DNA of 64,000 nucleotides from an uncultured Acidobacteriota bacterium (GTDB lineage: Bacteria; Acidobacteriota; Thermoanaerobaculia; Gp7-AA8): positions 160,001 through 224,000 of the forward strand of contig CAVUKB010000004.1 of NCBI GenBank assembly GCA_963741955.1, written 5' to 3'. The notes beneath the pieces were generated by a model. That model was not told the DNA's origin. It saw only the letters and a program-made list of their open reading frames with translations, and searched no databases. The position numbers and the translations under genes are program-made. This document shows, in pieces, positions 39,378 to 49,846 of the stretch; the stretch's first letter is position 1; each line of letters opens with the position of its first letter.

Positions 39378-39971
39378 ATGTCTGACCTCGAATACAGACC
39401 GAAACAGAGAGGATCGGGTTGGGCCTGGCTGATGGTGCTCGTGGCGGTGCTCGCGGTGATCTGGATTCTGGTCGCATGGCTCGGCCAGCGACGCTCCGCG
39501 GCAGCGACCCGCGAGACATCCACGACCGCAGCGGAGATTCCGCTGACCACAGTTGCGACCTCGGATCACAACTCGGGTACGGCCATCACCGACCTTCTTC
39601 CCATTCTCTCCACCGCCGATCCCACCACACTGATCGGCAAGCGTGTCCAGCTTCTCGACGCTCCCGTCCAGACGGTCCTCGGCGATCGCTCCTTCACCAT
39701 CGGCCCGGACCGGAAGGATCAGCTCCTCGTCGTTCTCGACGGACAACCGACGCCCGGTACGCCGATCGAGAGGAGGGTCGACGTCGATCACGGAGACGTG
39801 GTCGACGTGACCGGAACGATTCAGTCCATCCCGCCGGTGGAGACCGCGCGCAGGGAGTGGCAGCTCGGCGGAATGAGCGACCGGGAGATCCAGAACCGCC
39901 CGATTCTGGTTCACGCGGAGAAGGTGACCAGGCGTGCGGCGAAACGGGAGCGGAAGTCGCAGTCTTCGTGA
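39378..39971 (+). CDS. membrane-anchored hypothetical protein
   Basis: AGGAG RBS; single TM WAWLMVLVAVLAVIWILVAW; beta-rich C-terminal domain. Confidence 0.75.
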   Translation: MSDLEYRPKQRGSGWAWLMVLVAVLAVIWILVAWLGQRRSAAATRETSTTAAEIPLTTVATSDHNSGTAITDLLPILSTADPTTLIGKRVQLLDAPVQTVLGDRSFTIGPDRKDQLLVVLDGQPTPGTPIERRVDVDHGDVVDVTGTIQSIPPVETARREWQLGGMSDREIQNRPILVHAEKVTRRAAKRERKSQSS

Positions 39972-40099
39972 CGAGGTTCTGCTCGTGCAGTTTGCCCGTT
40001 CCCAGGGCTCACGCCCTGGGCTACAGATATATCGTCTGCTTCGCGGACTTCGTCAGCCGCGCCTCGGCCGGCGCCCGCTCTCGATAGCCTCGATCCGGG

Positions 40100-41248
40100 G
40101 CGATGAAGAGGGAAGTTGTGGCTGGACGCGAAGCGTCGGTGCGTTCGGCTGCGCGCGTTCTATGGGGGTGCGGATCCTCCGATCCGCCGCGCGAATCGTG
40201 TTGCACGCGCTGAAGAGGGAAATTGTGGCTGGGCGCGAAGCGTCGGCGGTTGCATCGAACCGCTCCGCTTCTGCCGCAGGGATGGTCTCGATCCGATCTG
40301 AACGCGAGTGTGGCGTGCGGATCAGAGGATCCGCGCTCCCCTCGGTGCTCGGACACCTCCGCGCTCGCTCCCCACGGCGCTCGCTCCTCGGCGCGTTCCG
40401 CTGCGCGCGTTCTATGGGGGTGCGGATCCTCCGATCCGCCGCGCGAATCGTGTTGCACGCGCTGAAGAGGGAAGTTGTGGGTGGGCGCGAAGCGTCGGCG
40501 GTTCGAAGCGTCGGCGGTTGCATCGAACAGCTCCGCTTCTGCCACAGGGATGGTCTCGATCCGATCTGAACGCGAGTGTGGCATGCGGATCAGAGGATCC
40601 GCGCTCCCCTCGGCGCTCGCTCCCCACGGCGCTCGCTCCCCACGGCGCTCGCTCCCCACGGCGCGCGTTCTATGGGGGTGCGGATCCTCCGATCCGCCGC
40701 GCGAATCGTGTTGCACGCGCTGAAGAGGGAAGTTGTGGGTGGGCGCGAAGCGTCGGCGGTTCGAAGCGTCGGCGGTTGCATCGAACCGCTCCGCTTCTGC
40801 CGCAGGGATGGTCTCGATCCGATCTGAACGCGAGTGTGGCGTGCGGATCAGAGGATCCGCGCTCCCCACGGTGTTCGGACACCTCGGCGCTCGCTCCCCA
40901 GGGCGCGCGCTCCTCGGCGCGTTCGGCTGCGCGCGTTCTATGGGGGTGCGGATCCTCCGATCCGCCGCGCGAATCGTGTTGTTCGCGATGAAGAGGGAAA
41001 TTGTGGCTGGACGCGAAGCGTCGGTGGTTCGAAGCGTCGGCGGTTGCATCGAACCGCTCCGCTTCTGCCGCAGGGATGGTCTCGATCCGATCTGAACGCG
41101 AGTGTGGCGTGCGGATCAGAGGATCCGCGCTCCCCTCGGTGTTCGCACCCCACGGTGTTCGCACCTCGGCGCTCGCTCCCCTCGGCGCGTTCCGCTGCGC
41201 GCGTTCTATGGGGTGCGGATCCTCCGATCCGCCGCGCGAATCGTGTTG
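40100..41248. repeat. tandem array of REP-like doublets (about 4.5 units of 252-268 bp)
   Basis: TATGGGG(G)TGCGGATCCTCCGATCCGCCGCGCGAATCGTGTTG recurs at 40161, 40413, 40671, 40939 and 41207; each unit also holds the inverted GCGGATCAGAGGATCCGCGCTCCC. Confidence 0.92.
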
Positions 41249-41438
41249 TACCCGGACTCTGGCCCGGATACCGTCTCCGGAGCGCGGTCGAAATGTCGCG
41301 TCCGGTTCAAGGGTCGGTTATCATCTCTGAACCTGTGATCGGGGCAAAGCGTGACCTTTATCACTGCCGTATCGATCGCCATCGCTCACGATACAGGTGC
41401 AGGAAGTGGCGCGGCCGCCACCTCACCCCTCAATTCGA

Positions 41439-43208
41439 ATGAATACGACCTCGCGAAGAACGTTCCCCTGGATTCTTGCCGGGATCTACCTCGGGGTTTC
41501 GGCGGTCTGGATCATCGCATCGGATTCGGTTCTCCACGCGATGGTCGGAAACGCCGCCGAGGTCCAGCACTGGCAGACCGCGAAAGGACTCTTCTTCATC
41601 GCGGGGACGACCGCGATGCTGTTTGCGATCGTGCGTCGATACGACGAGAGTCTCGAGGCGCGTTCGCGCGAGCTTCGCGGGTCACGGGAGCAGTTCCGGA
41701 GTCTCTTCGACACGGCGATGGACGCGATCATCACCATCGACGAAAACCAGAACGTGGTGATGGCGAACGAGGCGGCCCGGGAGATGTTTCGCTGCGGGGA
41801 CGAGGATCTGGCCGGGAAGTCGATCGATCTCCTCATCCCGACCGCGGCAAGAGAGCGGCATCGGGCGATGGTCACCGAGTTCGGAGAGTCGGGGCGGACC
41901 GATCGGTCGCTCCGACACAAGCCGGTTCTGACCGGACGCCGCCTTGACGGAACCGAGTTCCCGATGGAAGCGAGCATCTCCCGCTATACCGTCGAGGGAA
42001 ACATCTATTTCACCGCGATCGTGCGGGACGTCGCGGATCGGGTGATACGGGACGAGGAACGTCGCCGGCTCCTCGAGCGGACCGAGCTGCTGATGGATTC
42101 GACGAGCGACGGGTTCGTCCTGGTGGACGAAGATGGGCGGCTCCTTCTCCTGAATCGGAGCGGTGAGGCGATGCTGGGAAGTGCCGCCGAGGAGCTGATC
42201 GGAACGAACATCCGCGACGCGGTGCGCTCCGTCGAGTCGCAGGACGACCATGACAAGGCGCTCTCGGTCGTCTTCGCCGGGATCCCGATCGAGCACCGGA
42301 AGCTGGAGCTGACCCGGCGCGACGGGACGACGCTTCCGATCGAGCTCTCGGCCACGCCTCTGAAGCAGGACGGTGAGATGCGCGGAGCGGCCGTCTCGAT
42401 GCGGGATCTGACGCTGGTGCACCAGCTGGAGAGCCGGCTGGAAGAAGTGCGGCGCGTGGAGAGTCTCGGAAAACTCACCGCGGTCGTGAGCCACGAGATG
42501 AAGAACATCCTGATGAGCATTCAGGCGTTCCTCGATGTGATCCGACGCGTGGATGGGATGGGAGAGAAGGTACACACCGCGATCAGCGGAATCTCGCGCG
42601 CGATCGAGCGTGGAAGGACCATTACCAGCGAGGTTCTACGTTTCTCGAAGGCGCAGTCGCCGGATCCGGAAGTGATCGACGCAGCTCGTTTTCTCTCCAC
42701 GATCGAGCCCGGGCTTCGGAGTCTCCTCACGCCGAAGGTCGAGCTGGTGATGGACATCGCCACGGAGAGAGTGGGACGGTTCAGCGCGGATACCGGTCAG
42801 CTCGAACAGGTCTTCGTGAACCTGGTGGCGAACGCGCGGGATGCGATGCCCCAGGGGGGGCGTCTGAAGATCACCGCCGACGTACCACGGACCGAGATCC
42901 CGGGCCTCGGCGGACGCCACGGGATCGAACGCTACATCCATTTCGCGGTCTCGGACACGGGGATCGGGATGTCCGCCGAAGTGCGGGATCACGCGCTCGA
43001 GCCGATGTTCACCACCAAGCGCGCAGGGACCGGCCTGGGACTGGCGGTCGCGCAGCGCATCGTCAGCTCACACGGTGGTTCCCTCCTGATCGACAGCCGT
43101 CTCGGGATCGGGACCACCATCCACATTCTTCTTCCGCGGGAAGTAGAGCCGAACCGCGGCGCCTGGATGCAGCAGGGACCGGATCTCGAGTCGTCGGCGC
43201 CCTGCTGA
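41439..43208 (+). CDS. PAS-domain sensor histidine kinase
   Basis: Two N-terminal TMs, two PAS domains, H-box VSHEMKNIL, N-box NLVANARDAM, DTGIGM, FTTK, GTGLGL. Confidence 0.95.
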   Translation: MNTTSRRTFPWILAGIYLGVSAVWIIASDSVLHAMVGNAAEVQHWQTAKGLFFIAGTTAMLFAIVRRYDESLEARSRELRGSREQFRSLFDTAMDAIITIDENQNVVMANEAAREMFRCGDEDLAGKSIDLLIPTAARERHRAMVTEFGESGRTDRSLRHKPVLTGRRLDGTEFPMEASISRYTVEGNIYFTAIVRDVADRVIRDEERRRLLERTELLMDSTSDGFVLVDEDGRLLLLNRSGEAMLGSAAEELIGTNIRDAVRSVESQDDHDKALSVVFAGIPIEHRKLELTRRDGTTLPIELSATPLKQDGEMRGAAVSMRDLTLVHQLESRLEEVRRVESLGKLTAVVSHEMKNILMSIQAFLDVIRRVDGMGEKVHTAISGISRAIERGRTITSEVLRFSKAQSPDPEVIDAARFLSTIEPGLRSLLTPKVELVMDIATERVGRFSADTGQLEQVFVNLVANARDAMPQGGRLKITADVPRTEIPGLGGRHGIERYIHFAVSDTGIGMSAEVRDHALEPMFTTKRAGTGLGLAVAQRIVSSHGGSLLIDSRLGIGTTIHILLPREVEPNRGAWMQQGPDLESSAPC

Positions 43209-43358
43209 TCCGCTTTCGCAGTAGGACGGTTTCTACCGCGCAGACTCCGAGGAGCGGCCCCATGTGACGGTGGATTCACGCCGGAATGTGACGTTCGTCA
43301 CCGGGGCAGCTGGCCCTTCGCACAGGCGCGATGGGACCTCTCTGTTACAACTTCCATC

Positions 43359-43910
43359 GTGAATAACCTGCAGGAGTCCGTGCTGCGTCTGTGGCCGGAG
43401 ATCGAGTGGATCAGTGAGTCCGATCTCCGGGAGAAAGTGCTGCGAACGTGGGTTCGCGCATTCGAGCTGAGCCCCCTCGAGCCGTCCGATCTCGAGCGGA
43501 TTCCCTTCACTCTTCTCGTGCCGGATTGCCCGGTGACGTTCATGGAGCACAAGAGGTGCGTGGTCCACATCGCACGCCGGGCCGCCGAGTCGATGCAGGA
43601 GTTCATGGGAAACAGCCTGCCGATCGACCTCGACGTGGTGATTGCGGGCGCGATTCTCGCCGATGTCGGGAAGGTGCTGGAGTACGAGATGAAGGACGGG
43701 AAATCACGGCAGAGCGAGCGCGGACGGCTCCTCCGTCACCCGTTCACCGGCGTGGCCGTCGCGATGGAGTGCGGGGTTCCCGACCGGGTCTGTCACATCA
43801 TCGCTGCGCATGCCGACGAAGGGAATCTTGTCAAGCGCTCGACGGAAGCGATCATCGTGCATCACGCCGACTTCATGAGTTATCTCCCGTTCAAGAACCT
43901 CGTTCACTGA
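43359..43910 (+). CDS. HD-superfamily protein (HD doublet replaced by AD)
   Basis: EHKRCVV...GAILADVGKVLEY...LLRHPFTG...HIIAAH...HHADF. Confidence 0.85.
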   Translation: MNNLQESVLRLWPEIEWISESDLREKVLRTWVRAFELSPLEPSDLERIPFTLLVPDCPVTFMEHKRCVVHIARRAAESMQEFMGNSLPIDLDVVIAGAILADVGKVLEYEMKDGKSRQSERGRLLRHPFTGVAVAMECGVPDRVCHIIAAHADEGNLVKRSTEAIIVHHADFMSYLPFKNLVH

Positions 43911-43923
43911 GAGGACCCAGGTC

Positions 43924-45315
43924 ATGTCAACCGTCATGGATCGAGTCACCGCAACGATGTCGCAGTGGGCCGCCGGGGTCGAATACGACGACCTTTCGCC
44001 CGAAGCAGTCCAGCAGGCGAAACGTTTCCTGTTCGATTCGCTCGGCTGTGCGATGGGAGGCTATCAGCAGCACGACGTGCGGATCATGCTCGAGGTGATC
44101 GAGGAGACTGCGGGCGCGGGACGCTCGACTCTCTTCGGCACCGGCCGGCGGATCGATGCGTCCTCCGCCGCGCTGGCGAACTCCCTGATGGTCCGGGTGA
44201 TGGACTACAACGACATCTACTGGCAGCAGGACCCGTCGCATCCTTCGGACCTGATCCCTGCCGCCGTGGCCTGTGCCGAGCGCTCGGGGGCGAACGGACG
44301 TGAGCTGCTGGTCGGCATCGCCATCGCCTACGAGATGGAGATGCGTCTGTGCGAAGCGGCGTTCCCCGGAATTCGAGAGCGCGGATGGCATCATGCGACG
44401 CTCACCGCCTTCGCGTCGCCCGTGGTCGCCGGCCGGATGCTTCGTCTCACACCTGCGCAGATCCAGCATGCGATCGGAATCTCCGGCAGCCGGCACGCGA
44501 CGCTCGGAGCCGTCACGGCGGGCAAGCTGACCATGATGAAGAACACCGTCGATCCGATGGCGACGCAGAGCGGGGTCTTCGCCGCGCTCCTCGCGGAGAA
44601 GGGTTACACCGGGCCGGAGCACGTGATCGACGGGAAGGAAGGATTGGCAGAAGTCTTCGGTCCCGAATGGAAGCTCGGCGTTCTCACCGAAGGTCTCGGC
44701 GCATCATGGCGGATCACCCGCTGCGGGATGAAGGCTTTCCCCACCGAGGCGCTGACGCACGCTCCGATCTCCGCGGTGCTGGACATCGTCCGGGATCATG
44801 ACCTGACCCCCGAAAAGGTGGTGAAGGTGGAGATCCGCTCGCTGGAGCGCGCTGCCGACATCCTCGCGGACCCTTCCAAGTACGAACCGCATTCGAAGGA
44901 GACCGCGGACCATTCGCTCCCGTACGTGATCGCGGCGGCGATCGTCGACCGGCAGGTGACCCCGCGCCAGTTCACGAACGAACGGATCGAAGATCCGCAG
45001 GTCCGGGCTCAGTTGAAGAAGGTGGTGGTGGTCGCCGATCCGGAGATCGAAGCGGTCTTCCCCGCGCTGCAGCGAGTCATCGTCCGGGTGACCACGAGCG
45101 ACGGATCGGTGATCGAGCGGCAGCTCGACTATCCGAAGGGTGATCCGCGTAATCCGCTCACCGATGCCGAGATCGAGGAGAAGTTCGACGCGCTGGCGGA
45201 CGGGGTCCTCTCTCCGATGCGATCGGCGGAGCTGAAGAGCGCGATCCGCAATCTCGAGAATCTCGGCTCGGTATGCGAGTTGACCGGAAATCTGGTTTCA
45301 GAACCGAGGGACTGA
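43924..45315 (+). CDS. prpD: MmgE/PrpD-family dehydratase
   Basis: DYNDIY...SHPSD, RERGWHH, GKLTMMK, ETADHSLPY, YPKGDPRNP. Confidence 0.88.
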   Translation: MSTVMDRVTATMSQWAAGVEYDDLSPEAVQQAKRFLFDSLGCAMGGYQQHDVRIMLEVIEETAGAGRSTLFGTGRRIDASSAALANSLMVRVMDYNDIYWQQDPSHPSDLIPAAVACAERSGANGRELLVGIAIAYEMEMRLCEAAFPGIRERGWHHATLTAFASPVVAGRMLRLTPAQIQHAIGISGSRHATLGAVTAGKLTMMKNTVDPMATQSGVFAALLAEKGYTGPEHVIDGKEGLAEVFGPEWKLGVLTEGLGASWRITRCGMKAFPTEALTHAPISAVLDIVRDHDLTPEKVVKVEIRSLERAADILADPSKYEPHSKETADHSLPYVIAAAIVDRQVTPRQFTNERIEDPQVRAQLKKVVVVADPEIEAVFPALQRVIVRVTTSDGSVIERQLDYPKGDPRNPLTDAEIEEKFDALADGVLSPMRSAELKSAIRNLENLGSVCELTGNLVSEPRD

Positions 45316-47261
45316 TGGGACAGACAGTCGTCGAAAAGATCGCGCAGTCGCATCTCGCCGAGGGGCCTGATCGTCCGCTTCGCGCGGGCGATTTCGTTTC
45401 CATCCGACCCCGTCACATCCTCACTCACGACAATACCGCCGCAGTGATGAAGAAGTTCAGGACCCTCGGCGTCGACCGGGTCCACGACCCGCGGCAGCCG
45501 GTCTTCGCTCTCGATCACGACATCCAGAACACCTCGGAGGAGAACCTCTCCAAGTACCGTGCGATCGAGACGTTCGCGCGCGAGCAGGGGATCGATTTCT
45601 ACCCGGCAGGCACCGGGATCGGACATCAGATCGTGATCGAGCGGGGCTACGCCGTCCCCGGCTCGTTCGTCGTCGCGTCCGACTCGCACTCGAACATGTA
45701 CGGCGCGCTCGGCGCAGTCGGGACTCCGGTGGTGAGGACCGACGCCGCGGCGGTGTGGGCGACCGGAAGCTTCTGGTGGCAGATACCGCGGACTGTGCAG
45801 GTGGTACTGGACGGAAAGCTCGCCGAAGGAGTGACCGGGAAGGACGTGATCATCGCCCTCTGCGGTCTGATCGGCGATGAGGTTCTGAACGCAGCGATCG
45901 AGTTCACCGGACAAGGCGTGCAGTCGCTGACCGTCGAGGAGCGTCTGACCATCGCCAACATGAGCACCGAATGGGGCGTTCTGGTGGCGTGGTTTCCGCC
46001 GAGCGGGATGACGTTTCAGTTTCTGCGGCGCCAGCACGAACGGCTGGTGGAGGAGCAGACACGGGTCGCCTTTGCCGAAGACGATCTGCGACGATGGGAG
46101 GCGGATCCGATCGCACCCGATCCGGACGCGGTGTACGCAGCGCGCCTGGAGCTCGATCTTTCGACGGTGGTCAGGACGGTCGCAGGGCCGGACACGGTTC
46201 AGCTCACGCATTCTCTCGCCACGATCGCTCCGAAGCGGGTGAAGATCGACAAGGCGTATCTCCTCTCCTGCGTCAACTCGCGCCTGGAGGACCTGACCGC
46301 AGCGGCAGAGGTGCTTCGCGGAAAGAAGATCGCTGCCGGAGTGAAGTTCTACGTGGCGGCAGCGAGCCGTCAGGTTCAGCAGGAGGCGGAACGGACCGGA
46401 GTCTGGAACGTTCTGGTGGAGTCGGGAGCGACGCTCCTCCCTCCGTCGTGCGGACCGTGCATCGGGCTGGGAACGGGACTCCTCGAAGCGGGAGAGGTCG
46501 GGATCTCGGCGACGAACCGTAACTTCAAGGGGCGGATGGGATCCCGCGATGCGGCCTGCTATCTCGCCAGTCCGGCGGTGGTCGCGGCATCGGCGCTGGA
46601 GGGAGTGATCACCGCGCCGGGGACCGGATCCGGTGAAACGCGAGTCCGCTTCACCGTGCTGGAGATGCCGGCCGCCGCGCCCGAACTGGTCGACATCGTG
46701 CCGGGCTTTCCCGCCGAGGTTCGCGGGCGGATGCTCTTTCTGCCGTCCGACAATCTGAACACCGACGGCATCTACGGGAAAGACTACACTTACCGTGACG
46801 ACGTCACGCGCGAAGAGATGGCGCGTGTGGTGATGCAGAACTACGACCCGGAGTTCGCGCTTCGGGCTGGAGAAGGTGACGTGATCGTTGCCGGAGCGAA
46901 CTTCGGCACCGGATCGAGCCGCGAGCAGGCGGTCACTGCGCTGCAGGCGCGGGGGATCCGGATGGTGATCGCCACGAGCTTCTCTCAGACCTACCTGCGC
47001 AACGCATTCAACAACGGCTTCCTCTGTGTCGAATGTCCCGAGCTGGTGGCGGCGGCAAAACGCGATCTAACCGGATCGGTGACCGGTGCGAAGACGGTGA
47101 TCTCCGGAGACGTACTGGACATCGACTTCAGAAGCGGGTCGATCCGGTGGAGGGGCCAGGTCTTTCATTTTCAGGCTCTCGGTTCGGTTCCGCAATCACT
47201 GGTCGCGGCGGGTGGGATCGAGAACCTGGTGCGCAGCCGTTTCGCGGCGGCTGCGGTTTGA
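45315..47261 (+). CDS. lysF: single-chain homoaconitase, fungal Lys4/LysF type
   Basis: THDN, LDHDIQN, YPAGTGIGHQI, ASDSHSNMYG, TPVVRTDAAAVWATG..WWQIP, SCVNSR, CGPCIGLG and fused swivel domain NFGTGSSREQA; these closely recall yeast Lys4. Confidence 0.8.
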   Translation: MGQTVVEKIAQSHLAEGPDRPLRAGDFVSIRPRHILTHDNTAAVMKKFRTLGVDRVHDPRQPVFALDHDIQNTSEENLSKYRAIETFAREQGIDFYPAGTGIGHQIVIERGYAVPGSFVVASDSHSNMYGALGAVGTPVVRTDAAAVWATGSFWWQIPRTVQVVLDGKLAEGVTGKDVIIALCGLIGDEVLNAAIEFTGQGVQSLTVEERLTIANMSTEWGVLVAWFPPSGMTFQFLRRQHERLVEEQTRVAFAEDDLRRWEADPIAPDPDAVYAARLELDLSTVVRTVAGPDTVQLTHSLATIAPKRVKIDKAYLLSCVNSRLEDLTAAAEVLRGKKIAAGVKFYVAAASRQVQQEAERTGVWNVLVESGATLLPPSCGPCIGLGTGLLEAGEVGISATNRNFKGRMGSRDAACYLASPAVVAASALEGVITAPGTGSGETRVRFTVLEMPAAAPELVDIVPGFPAEVRGRMLFLPSDNLNTDGIYGKDYTYRDDVTREEMARVVMQNYDPEFALRAGEGDVIVAGANFGTGSSREQAVTALQARGIRMVIATSFSQTYLRNAFNNGFLCVECPELVAAAKRDLTGSVTGAKTVISGDVLDIDFRSGSIRWRGQVFHFQALGSVPQSLVAAGGIENLVRSRFAAAAV

Positions 47262-47383
47262 GGAAGTGCTGCCTCCGGAACCGGAGGGATGGCTGAAAGA
47301 AAGTCGCAGAGGAGTCGAGCGGCGACAAGGCATGACGACGGCTGGACCGCCAGCCGGATGCCGCGCTCCCGGAAGGAGAAGAG

Positions 47384-48592
47384 ATGGCGCGCTACGAAGT
47401 TGTGACGATGCCCGGAGACGGGATTGGGAAGGTGGTTCTGCCGGAAGCGATCCGGGTCCTGGAGAGCGTCGGATTCGACGCGAAGTACATTCACGGGGAC
47501 ATCGGATGGGATTTCTGGTGCTCCGAAGGAAACGCGCTTCCGGACCGCACCATCGCCCTCCTCGAAAAGTACAGGCTGGGACTGTTCGGCGCGATCACTT
47601 CGAAGCCGAAGAAGGAAGCTGATGCCGAGCTCGATCCGTCGCTGAAGGGGAAGGGATACGTCTACTACAGCCCGATCGTGACCATGCGGCAGCGCTTCAA
47701 CCTCGATCTCTGCGTGCGCCCCTGCCGTTCGTTTCCCGGCAATCCATTGAACTTCGTCCGCAAGTCTCCCACCGGGAAAGTGGAGGAGCCGAAGGTCGAT
47801 GCGGTGATCTTCCGGCAGAACACCGAAGGAAGCTACACCGGAGTGGAGTGGACGAATCCTCCCGCTCAGGTGCGTGATGCTCTCGCGACGCACGCGCGGT
47901 TCCGCGCATTCGACGCGGTCCCGGGTGAAGATCTCGCGGTCTCGACCCGGATCGTCACCCGCGGGGCAGTGCAGCGGATCATCCGCGCCGCGTTCGAGTA
48001 CGCGAAGAAGTTCGGCTACCGGTCCGTCACGGTTGCCGAAAAGCCGAACGTCCTTCGCGAGACCTCCGGGATGTTCGAAGAGGAAGCGAAGAAGATCAAG
48101 GCGGAGTTCCCCGGGGTCCAGCTCTGGTCGACGAACATCGACGCGCTGATGATGTGGTTGACGAAGAACCCGGAAGAGTACGGAGTGATCGTGGCGGAGA
48201 ACCTGTTCGGCGACATCATCTCCGATGCGTTCGCCGGCCTGGTCGGAGGGCTCGGTTTCGCCTGTTCCGGAAACGTCGGCGACGAGGTGGCGGTATTCGA
48301 GCCGACCCACGGCTCCGCGCCGAAGTACGAGAAGCTCGATCCTCCGATCGTCAACCCGATCGCGATGATTCTCTCTGCGGCCATGCTTCTCGATCACGTC
48401 GGAGAGACCGAGAAGGGCGACGCGGTGCGCGCAGCGGTGGCGGCCGTCGTCGCGGAGGGGAAAGTCCGCACCTACGACATGATGAGAATCGCCGGCGGTG
48501 CCGACGTCTTCTCGAAAGGCGCCGCGACGACCTCGCAGGTGACCGACGCGATCATCGCGAAGATCGGAAGCAACGTGATGTCGCCGGCGTGA
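47384..48592 (+). CDS. isocitrate/isopropylmalate dehydrogenase family, homoisocitrate-dehydrogenase-like
   Basis: PGDGIG, LFGAITS, YYSPIVTMRQ, RQNTEG, KPNVL, NLFGDIISD, EPTHGSAP. Confidence 0.88.
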   Translation: MARYEVVTMPGDGIGKVVLPEAIRVLESVGFDAKYIHGDIGWDFWCSEGNALPDRTIALLEKYRLGLFGAITSKPKKEADAELDPSLKGKGYVYYSPIVTMRQRFNLDLCVRPCRSFPGNPLNFVRKSPTGKVEEPKVDAVIFRQNTEGSYTGVEWTNPPAQVRDALATHARFRAFDAVPGEDLAVSTRIVTRGAVQRIIRAAFEYAKKFGYRSVTVAEKPNVLRETSGMFEEEAKKIKAEFPGVQLWSTNIDALMMWLTKNPEEYGVIVAENLFGDIISDAFAGLVGGLGFACSGNVGDEVAVFEPTHGSAPKYEKLDPPIVNPIAMILSAAMLLDHVGETEKGDAVRAAVAAVVAEGKVRTYDMMRIAGGADVFSKGAATTSQVTDAIIAKIGSNVMSPA

Positions 48593-48613
48593 GCCGCGCG
48601 ACGGGAGGACGAG

Positions 48614-49846
48614 ATGACGGAACCAGTCGCAGACGTCCGGTACGGTGAGGCCGGGCGCACCGGGGACGACATACGATCCGATCTGCTGGTGCGGATCGAG
48701 CCGCGAACCGGCGGGGGGATCGAGATCGAGCTGGCCTCGAAGGTCGGTGCCTACTACGGCGAAGCGATCCAGCGACAGTGCCGCGAAGTGCTGCGTGATC
48801 TCGGAGTCACCGATGCAGTCCTCCGCATCGACGACCGCGGTGCGCTGCCGTTCGTCATCGCGGCACGGGTGGAGGCGGCGGCGCGCCGCGCCCTCCTCTC
48901 GGACCTCCGCTCGCTTCCGGTTCGAATCGGCATCTCACCCCCTTCGAAGAGCGACCGGCTCCGGCGCTCGCGGCTCTATCTGCCGGGCAATGAGCCGAAG
49001 TACTTCGTCAGTGCTGCGTTGCACGGACCGGACGCCGTGATTCTCGACCTCGAGGATTCGGTCCACCCCAACGAAAAAGATGCGGCGCGAATCGTGGTGC
49101 GCAACGCCCTCCGGGCGGTCGACTTCGGAAGCTGCGAGCGGATGGTGCGCATCAACCCCTTCCCACTCGGGCTCGAGGATCTGGACGAAGTGATTCCGGA
49201 GATGCCCGACGTGATCCTGATCCCGAAGGTGGAGCGGGCGGACGAAGTGATCGAGATCGAAAGGCGGATCGACGAGATTCTCCTCGCCCGCGACCTCGAC
49301 CGGCCGATCTGGCTGATGCCGATCCTCGAATCGGCCCGAGGGATCGAGAACGCATACGAGATCGCCTCGGCGACCTCTCGCGTGGTGGCGCTCACCATCG
49401 GCCTCGAAGACTACACGGCGGACCTCGGCGTCCCGAAGACGAAAGAAGGTCGCGAGTCGGAGTACGCGCGGATGCGGCTGGTCAACGCAGCGCGGGCGGC
49501 CGGAATCCAGGCGATCGACTCGGTGTGGGGTGACGTCGGCGATACGGAAGGGCTGCGCGAATGGGCGCTTCGCTCGCGCGCTCTCGGTTTCACCGGAATG
49601 GGATGTGTGCATCCGCTGCAGGTGGAAGTGATCCACGAGGCGTTTGCACCGACTGCCGAAGAGATCGCGAAGGCAGAGAGAATCGTGAAGGCGTTCCGGG
49701 AGGCGCAGAGGAGGGGACTCGGAGTGGTGAGTCTCGGTTCGAAGATGATCGATCCACCGGTGGTGCTACGGGCGGTGAGACTGGTCGAGCAGGCCTCCGC
49801 GATGGGATTGATCTCCGAGCAGGCAGTGGAAGAGGGTCAGGTATGA
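48614..49846 (+). CDS. citE: citrate lyase acyl-carrier (CitD-like) + beta subunit (CitE) fusion
   Basis: N-terminal approx. 95 aa GEAG...IRSDLLVRIEP...DDRGALPFVIAARVEAA (CitD-like), then LRRSRLYLPGN, DLEDSV, IPKVE, LESARG, GCVHP, KMIDPP. Confidence 0.88.
   Translation: MTEPVADVRYGEAGRTGDDIRSDLLVRIEPRTGGGIEIELASKVGAYYGEAIQRQCREVLRDLGVTDAVLRIDDRGALPFVIAARVEAAARRALLSDLRSLPVRIGISPPSKSDRLRRSRLYLPGNEPKYFVSAALHGPDAVILDLEDSVHPNEKDAARIVVRNALRAVDFGSCERMVRINPFPLGLEDLDEVIPEMPDVILIPKVERADEVIEIERRIDEILLARDLDRPIWLMPILESARGIENAYEIASATSRVVALTIGLEDYTADLGVPKTKEGRESEYARMRLVNAARAAGIQAIDSVWGDVGDTEGLREWALRSRALGFTGMGCVHPLQVEVIHEAFAPTAEEIAKAERIVKAFREAQRRGLGVVSLGSKMIDPPVVLRAVRLVEQASAMGLISEQAVEEGQV

Noticed and set aside
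40021-41442. Many overlapping ORFs, and a possible CRISPR array, in the 40-41 kb repeat
   Set aside because: The ORFs are translations of the repeat units. There are no unique spacers, the units are about 260 bp, and no cas genes are present.
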